In this document: one piece after another, positions 58,101 through 64,000 of the stretch
Layout: every line of letters starts with the position of its first letter
Position numbering within the stretch: the first letter of the stretch is position 1
Assembly: GCF_030684315.1 (NCBI RefSeq)
Contig: NC_081354.1
Coordinates: 16,610,226-16,674,225, forward strand
Reading direction: 5' to 3'
Source of the DNA: Stegostoma tigrinum
Taxonomy: Eukaryota
Length of the DNA: 64,000 bases
The notes under the pieces: generated by a model
Told to the model about the DNA's origin: nothing
Database searches by the model: none
The model's input: only the letters and a program-made list of their open reading frames with translations
Translations under genes and position numbers: made by a program

Positions 58101-58311
58101 ATGTTTGCAAAAGAAAAAGATTCAGCAATTGGAAGAACAGAATGAGAAGCTGAAGAAGAAACTGAAATTCTTGCAGCAGAAATCACGCCGCCAAGAGCAA
58201 CGATTACAGAAAATGAAGAAGTTATTACAGGAACTTAATACACAAGAGATACTACCACATCAGAGATGTGTACTGTTAAATGATACTTTGTATGAAGTGA
58301 CTAAAGTTTAG
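43098..58311 (+). CDS. THAP1: THAP domain-containing protein 1-like (3 coding exons, 201 aa)
   Basis: Exons 43098-43168, 53669-53870 and 57979-58311 join in frame (606 nt). C2CH THAP finger (CSAYGC...CSEHF), AVPSIF box, HCF-1-binding motif DHSY and C-terminal coiled coil. Orthologue versus paralogue of THAP1 is not settled. Confidence 0.8.
43955..44107. mobile_element. Decayed fold-back remnant related to the young PLE family
   Basis: GCTGGATGAGCACAGCAAGTCAAGCAGCATC on one side and GATTCTCCAACATC...CCTACTATCTCT on the other. Confidence 0.55.
44262..46366. mobile_element. Penelope-like retroelement, 5'-truncated fold-back insertion (about 1-kb arms) with GIY-YIG endonuclease coding remnant
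   Basis: Both arms encode CYTC...[25 protein letters not shown]...H...GIN. Centre near 45361; TSD GATTAGTTTAGTA at 44249-44261 and 46367-46379. Confidence 0.92.
44364..44391 (-). ncRNA. Minimal hammerhead ribozyme-like motif
   Basis: Reverse complement of the same motif. Confidence 0.6.
47740..48064 (-). mobile_element. tRNA-derived SINE with CR1-like tail and (TCTAA)n end (HE1-like)
   Basis: A box GTGGCTCAGTGG, B box GGTTCAATTC, tail GGGCTGAAGGGCCTGTTTCC. Confidence 0.85.
48241..49135 (-). mobile_element. Internally deleted inverted CR1 copy (EN segment fused to 3' end)
   Basis: GGGVA...[10 protein letters not shown]...SDHN fused at about 48641 to the RT C-terminus and tail similar to 50478-50877. 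Confidence 0.85.
50890..52015 (+). mobile_element. Old LINE RT and 3' remnant (different CR1/L2-type family)
   Basis: PQ.SVLGP.IFSCF.ND-like coding; tail GGCAATAAAT...GCCAG. Confidence 0.6.
53105..53580 (-). mobile_element. Decayed CR1 LINE 3' fragment
   Basis: Similar to 601-1083 and 60243-60830. Confidence 0.6.
53669..53870 (+). CDS. THAP1-like exon 2 ([12 protein letters not shown]...CSEHF...NAVPSIF...QSK)
   Basis: taaag|...|gtactt, 202 nt; phase fits exon 1. Confidence 0.92.
55209..56119 (+). mobile_element. Penelope-like insertion with inverted 5' arm, in THAP1-like intron 2
   Basis: GIY-YIG remnant (VVYCIHC...YIGETKRRL) and family 3' end. Inverted arm 55209-55398 joins at an AATGTGG microhomology. 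Confidence 0.9.
55992..56019 (+). ncRNA. Minimal type I hammerhead ribozyme-like motif (PLE-associated)
   Basis: CUGAUGA-A-GGGU(CUAG)GCCC-GAAA-CGUC. Helix III (ACGU) can only form as a dimer and helix I is only about 2 bp. Confidence 0.6.
56497..56823 (-). mobile_element. CR1 LINE 3' fragment
   Basis: [21 protein letters not shown] and tail; same subfamily as 14107. Confidence 0.88.
57207..57570 (+). mobile_element. tRNA-derived SINE, second family
   Basis: TGGCCTAGCGG and GGTTTGAATCC boxes. The body is shared with 4610-4990 (+) and 22250-22640 (-). Confidence 0.75.
57979..58311 (+). CDS. THAP1-like exon 3 (DHSY motif, coiled coil, stop)
   Basis: gatag| acceptor in frame with ORF 57994..58311. 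DHSYSVGD...[15 protein letters not shown] resembles human DHNYTVED...HQLEQQVEKLRKKLK. Confidence 0.88.
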   Translation, partial: KLEIPMTSNQPNAEEITEDTALKQAHGLLTVYDHSYSVGDACLQKKKIQQLEEQNEKLKKKLKFLQQKSRRQEQRLQKMKKLLQELNTQEILPHQRCVLLNDTLYEVTKV

Positions 58312-61114
58312 CATTTATTGGTATCATATTTATTAAATGGCAGATAATTATGTTTCCACACTGCCTAGGATCGAGGAAAGGAGGTAATGATCAGAATGCC
58401 TCGGGTCACTGCGAGGCCTTTGTTTACATTGTACATAAATGATATAAATAAGAACAACTGAATAAATTTTCTGATATGGGTTTAAGCAACTGCAATAACA
58501 GACCATCTCCAACTCTAGAAGAATGTGACAGAGCACTCAAGTTTAGAATAGCTAAAAATAGTGATGAAGTTGAATCGATGGACTGACCGGTGAGAATACA
58601 AAGTGAACAATAGTAGGACATGATAAATCTAGGATATTGATAGATCACTTAGTTTAACAATCACTGTATGAGAAAGCAATAAAGACAATCTAGGCCTTGG
58701 CATCTGCATTCAGAGGGATGAATAAAAGTCACTGTTGGTGATGGGCAAATTTTAGAACTCATTCAGTCCTAACTGGAGTACTGTGTGTAGTTCTGGTCTA
58801 TGCTACAGTGAAGGACTCGTCTAAATCAGTCAGAAAGGATTGGGGATCTGAACGAAGAGAAGCAAGTGAAGAAGCTGGGAATATTTATGCTGCAAAAAAA
58901 ACTTGGAAAAACTACATCAAAGCTTTAAGCTTGTAAAGGCCCACAGATAAAGTGAACTGTAATAAAATACTGAACGTCACAAAGTGCATTTAGGTGGAAG
59001 TCACACTTGGAAAAGGGGAAATTAACAGTTTAGATTTAACTTCAGTTTGGAACAGCATTTAGCTAAAATCTTCTGTTTTTGTCCATAACTACCAAATCTA
59101 ATTTCCTCCTTTTTGTTTTCTTCACAGAGATTATTTTGCCTCTTAATTTTGCTTTTAGAAGTAACTGGATTTATTCAGCATTGTCAGAACATTTCACATA
59201 ACTCTCCTTTTTTTTTCCCCCTAACTTCCTCATGGAAATTCTTTATTAAATCACCCTTTAATATCAGTTCTGTTAACATAAAGCAATTCCAGTTTCTCAA
59301 GTCTTTGTAACTGATATAACCACATGAGGGGGTTACATCTTTAGAGGGATTCATGAATCGAGATGGTGTCCCAATCAAAGGTTTGGTGCAAGTTCAATAT
59401 TACCTCCTTGCATCTATACTAATTCTAGATTTTAAAAAAGCAAGGGTTCCACTTGCCTGTCTTTTAATAGCTTTATCTAATTACACTTCTCACCTTTTTA
59501 ATGATTTACACACCAAGGACCTTTCGCTCGTCTACACAATTTTTAAATCTTGTCCTTCATAGTCTGTTTCCTTATTCCAAGTATTTGAGGGGTGTTTTTT
59601 TTTTTTAAAAAAAAAATTTGTATTCAAAATTTAAAACTGCAGTGGTCATTTTGGTCCTGTGTAATGTTTTAACTGCACTTCCAAAATCTCAAAGTTGTAT
59701 ATAAAATAATCTTTCTGCAATTAGTTAATGTTTAAAAGATGTAATATAATGTGAGTCTCTAGACAATTGCAGGTTATGTAAAATATGTAATAAAAAGCTT
59801 GACATTCTATCACTCCTAAATGGCTTGGTTATCTGATTTTGTATTGTGACAGTGGTGTAGAAAGTAGAACGAAAGAGAAAAGGTTGTGACCCTACTTGTA
59901 AAAGTAAGGGGTCAGTGCATTATAACTTTACGTTCATGTTAAATTACATGAACAGCCTTTGGAGTTTAAAGCAAGGGGAAAATATTTATGCTGAAATGTG
60001 TGCTAAGTGCAATCATCTTCTAAATATGAATTTTAAATGTTTGTTTATTATATATAGTTTAGCCTGTCTCTGTAGTTCGGCTGACCCACAGTTAACAATC
60101 ACTGGGTATAATGTTGAGTTCTTGAATGTTCGCAGGCTAAGAACTACTTAAACTTCTGGAACTGAGGACTTTCTGAAGTGTATAAAATTGAGAAAAGAGA
60201 AAAAAGATGAAAAATGTCTAATGAGACAATGATTAGTGCCATACAAACAAGTAGCAGTAGGTCATTCAGCCCCTCAAGTCTGCTTCACCATTTAATAAAT
60301 TTATGGCTGATTTAATTGTAACCTCCTCTACGTTCGTGACTACCTATGATAACTTTTCACCTCTTTGCTTGACAAGAATCTAACCAACTTTACAATTTTA
60401 AAAAAAGACTCTTCTTCCATCACTTTCTCAGGAGGAAAGGTTCAAAGACTGAATCCTGATTTTTTTTAAAAAAAAACACGTGTTTAAAATTGGCAATCCC
60501 TGATTTTTAAACAGTAATGCTTAGTTTTTGATGCCTCTTATAATAAAACATCTTCATCTAACTATCCAGACCTTGTATGTTTTAATTGTCACATCTTGCT
60601 CTTCTCAACTTCAGCAGATATGTGCTTAGACTGTCAAACTTCTCATTCGACAACCCAACCATTCCAAGTATTAGCCAGTAAACCTTCTATGAGCTGCTTC
60701 CAATTTGCTTGCATGCTTTCTTAAATAAAGTGACCAAAACTGTACACACTACTGTCGTTGTGGTCTCACTAGTGTCTTGCATAACTGAAGGGAAGCTTCC
60801 CTTCAATGTTCAGTTCCCTTTGCAACAAATATTAACATGCTATGAGAATAAGAAGCAGTGTGCCAAGCAAATGGCAGCTTGTTGCTTGGCAGCAAAGAAT
60901 AAAACCATGGCCGACAGCTCCTACCCCAGCAAGGTGTAGAAATTCAGCTCCTTCCTCGGATTACAAAATGCTAATCTCAGCTCCCAGGTCACCTTAGAGG
61001 GACATCAACACCAAATCTGTTGTTACCTTGAGATACCAGAAGAAATAGAGAGTCGAGCAGGTGGGGGAAGCAGACTGAAACACGGATCTTAGCTGTACAA
61101 GATAGCGGTGAGGC

Positions 61115-61600
61115 CACTTTTAAAGTACTGTGTACAATTCTGGTCACTTTACTATGGGAAGGATGTGGTTAAACTAGAAAAGATCCAGGAAAATTAACAA
61201 GGGTATTGCTGGGGCTGGAAGAATTGAGTTAAGGAGAGGCAGGGAATCTTTTGCCTTGGAGCATAGGAGGCTGAGGGGTAACCTCATTGTGGTTTAGAAG
61301 CCTCTGAGGGACATATATAAGGTGAATCAGCATGGTCTTTTCCTCAGGGTAGGGAAGTCCAAAATTGGAGGGCATAGGTTTAATACGAGAGGAGAAAAAT
61401 TTAAAAGGGACCTGAGGGGCAGCTTTTTCTGCACATACCACCATCTGTGGAACAAGCTGCCAGAGGAAGTAGTAGATGCAGATATACTTAGAACATTTAA
61501 AAGGACATTGAACAGGTTCATGGACAGAAAAGATTTAGAGAGCTAAATGAGACCAATTCAGAAAACCTGATCAGCATAGATAAGTTGTTTCTGTGCTGTA
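61115..61600 (+). mobile_element. Decayed CR1 LINE 3' fragment
   Basis: KYCVQFWS, GHRF..RGEKF and WNKLP. Confidence 0.75.
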
Positions 61601-62759
61601 TGACTGTCTTTGCTGTGCTTGCTCTGAACACCGGATTCAAGTCCCATTCCAGAGCTTGATGACCACAGAAGGTGCATTTGTAATGTGACTGAATGTGGAA
61701 AAAATTGCAGGTTGATAATCCAGTATAATCTATATCAGCTGGTAACAGTTGATCAACCAGAATTGTTGCAGTGACATTCCTTGAACTATAGTATCTAGCA
61801 TGAGGCTGGTGAGCTGTTTCAGGAAGACCTAGCCTTGGAAACAGCATTTGCTGAAGAAGGTTCACTGGACTCAATGTTAATTCTGCTTTCTCACCACAGA
61901 TGCTGCCAGACCTGCTGAGTTTTTCCAGCAATGTCTGCTTTCACGAAGCATATTCTTTGTCTCAAACCACTAGTTGTCAGAACAGGATGGAAGAAAATAG
62001 AAATGACCCATTTCCATTAGCTGAGCAGGAAAAATTACAGCATCAATTTTTCCCAGTACAGATGTGGTTATTTTGCCCATCATGGTTACCTTGTCTAGCG
62101 CAGTGAGCAATTCAACCAATATCTTTTCCTACACTTTTCCCAAAACCCTGCATTTCTTCCTTTTCGGAAAGTAATCCAAATTCCCCCTTGGCTTTCAGAA
62201 GAGCCAGTTGCAAGTGTACCGGTTCCCCGGGTTCCTAATATTATGCACGATCAAAATGTAGTTGTTATTATGCAATGAATATTCTGGTCATGAAGGACTA
62301 GTGTCTTTTGTGTACATACTATTCAACATTGTGTCAACCAGTAGGCCCAACAGAAAGCAAAGATAGAAGAGTGAGGGTAGTAAACTGTATCAAACAACGC
62401 AGTACCACATTGAGACAGGCTACAAATACCACAAGGTAACAGGAGTAAGTCATCTGGAAAAATACTAAACAAGCAGGCAGCTGATTCTAAATCTTTATCT
62501 GTTCGAGCCCGAAAACATTTATCTGCTCGTATCCGCCGTTGCCCTTTTCCCAATTTTCGTGAAATCCGTGTCTTCTCATTCTCAATCTTTCCACCAATAG
62601 AAACAAACTCTCAATTTTCACTTTCCACATTCCTCGCGATTTCGAAAATCTCCAATAATTTCAGTCTTAAACGTTTTCGGTGTGGGGAAAAGACAGAACT
62701 AGTCCCAAATGTAAAAGAACGAACTGCGGTGCCGGATATCGCAAACAAACAACAACAAC

Positions 62760-63095
62760 AACAGAAGTTTGCTGGAGAACCTCAGCAGGGCTGGGCAGTG
62801 TCTGCGCCGAAAGAACAAAGCTAACGTTTCGAGTCCCAGTTCTGAAGTACGGTCTGCTGGAATCGAAACGTTAATGGTGTTATCACAAATGCTGCCAAAT
62901 CTGCTGGAAATAATCCCACACTTCACCAAAACATCCCCGACATGAAGGCAGAAAACGTTTGAGCCAGAGAAGTAGAACTCCGAAAGATACAAAAAGGTTT
63001 AAAAAAATTGCTGGAAAAGCTCAGCAGGGTATGGCAGTATCGTGGAGAGAAATCAGAGTGAACGTTTCGGGTCGAGTCACCCTTCTGCAGAACTC
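62760..63095. mobile_element. Cluster of decayed PLE 3'-end fragments (third family), partly fold-back
   Basis: TAACGTTTCGA...TCGAAACGTTA arms at about 62822-62873. A minus-strand CTGCAGAAGGGTGACTCGACCCGAAACGTT lies at 63061-63090. Related copies at 61851-61940 and 39975-40075. Confidence 0.6.
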
Positions 63096-63309
63096 CGACA
63101 GCCCTAAGTAGGAGGACCACAGGGTTAGTCGGAATGGGAACAGTGGGCTGAATGGCCGCTTTCAATGCCCTATACTTTGCGTATTCCCTCCCCCGCCACA
63201 AGTCAAGCCTCCTGCATGTTCCACGTGAACTCGGAATCGGTCCAGCCGTACAACGTCCCAAGGAAGTGCCTAAAGGGGAGGGAGCTCCTGCGACTCCGAG
63301 GAGGAGACA

Positions 63310-63395
63310 GTGCGTGCGCACGTCAGATGCTGGCGCGATGACGCAATGACTATAATTAACACATGCGTCACCCGCGCGAGGAAGTGCGTCAACGG
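63310..63395 (+). promoter_or_regulatory. Promoter with CRE/ATF half-sites and a TATA/MEF2-like element
   Basis: ACGTCA 63320, TGACGCAA 63339, CTATAATTAA 63350, GCGTCA 63365 and 63386, GGAAGT 63380. Confidence 0.6.
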
Positions 63396-63484
63396 CCGAG
63401 GGCCGGCGCCACGTTCCCATTGAGCGGAACCGAGGCGCCGCTGCGGTCTAGAGACTGTCTCCTTTTGGCCCGGGAGCTGTCCGG

Positions 63485-63773
63485 ATGGAAACGCCTTTTT
63501 ACCAGGATGAGGCAGTGAGCATCGGCGGCCGGCTTCAGACCGTCCCCATCATGATGTTAATGATGGAGAAGAAGAACGCTGCCGAACGGCGGCGGCAGCA
63601 CCAACAACACCACCACCACCAACAACAACAACAGGCGGACAGCCCGACTGGAGGAGCAGGCGGCGGCAGCAACACGCTGCAGCAACAGTCACAGTCACCC
63701 GGGTTGGAGAAGGTGGAGGAGGAGAGCGGCGCCAGGCGGGAGCTAGAGGCCCCTGTCCATCCCTTTGTGAAAG
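63485..63773 (+). CDS. First coding exon of a putative Jun-family (JunD-like N-terminus) gene with a Q/H tract
   Basis: METPFYQDEA resembles JunD METPFYGDEA, MMEKK resembles MMKK, and SPGLEK resembles SPELER. CpG island; donors aaag|gtgagg (63773) and tcgg|gtgagt (63807). No bZIP is visible in the window. Confidence 0.55.
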
Positions 63774-64000
63774 GTGAGGTGGACGTGCTGGGGTGGGTGG
63801 GGGTCGGGTGAGTAAGGTTAGGCCTTTTGGAGATCCGTCCATTTGGCCCCTAAGCGGCGAGGAGCACGGCATAGGGCTGCGGTAGGAGGTGGGTGGGGAT
63901 ATCCCCAAGAGCCTGGGCCTTGGGCGGTCAGAAAACTCCGTGCTTCCCCCTCCAACACTTTTACATGTCAGCTCTTCACCTCCCGTCATTTCTTCCCCCC

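Noticed and set aside
43098-58311. THAP gene as a P-element/THAP9-type transposase
   Set aside because: Only 201 aa with an HCF-1 motif and coiled coil; no catalytic domain or terminal repeats.
63549-63989. Minus-strand 146-aa ORF (and 62923..63420)
   Set aside because: GC-rich antisense shadows of the CpG island with no recognisable motifs.

Overview
Vertebrate genomic DNA, most likely a cartilaginous fish judging by the CR1 LINE, tRNA-SINE and Penelope repeat content (inferred, not proven). The left 35.5 kb holds coding exons 1-20 of POLR2B (RPB2) on the minus strand. All GT-AG boundaries and phases were checked by hand, giving 2856 nt or 952 codons, and the gene runs off the left edge. 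A divergent three-exon THAP1-like gene (201 aa) spans 43098-58311 on the plus strand. At the right edge is the first exon of a CpG-island gene whose N-terminus resembles Jun/JunD but is followed by splice donors rather than a continuous ORF. The most striking non-genic signal is a cluster of five fold-back (palindromic) insertions of one Penelope-like retroelement family between 37 and 56 kb, up to a near-perfect 2.1-kb palindrome. Three have 13-bp target-site duplications, two have templated snap-back patches at their centres, and the family carries a minimal, dimer-type hammerhead-ribozyme-like motif (CUGAUGA-A-GGGUCUAGGCCC-GAAACGUC). Two older related families leave similar fold-backs. Repeat boundaries are approximate.
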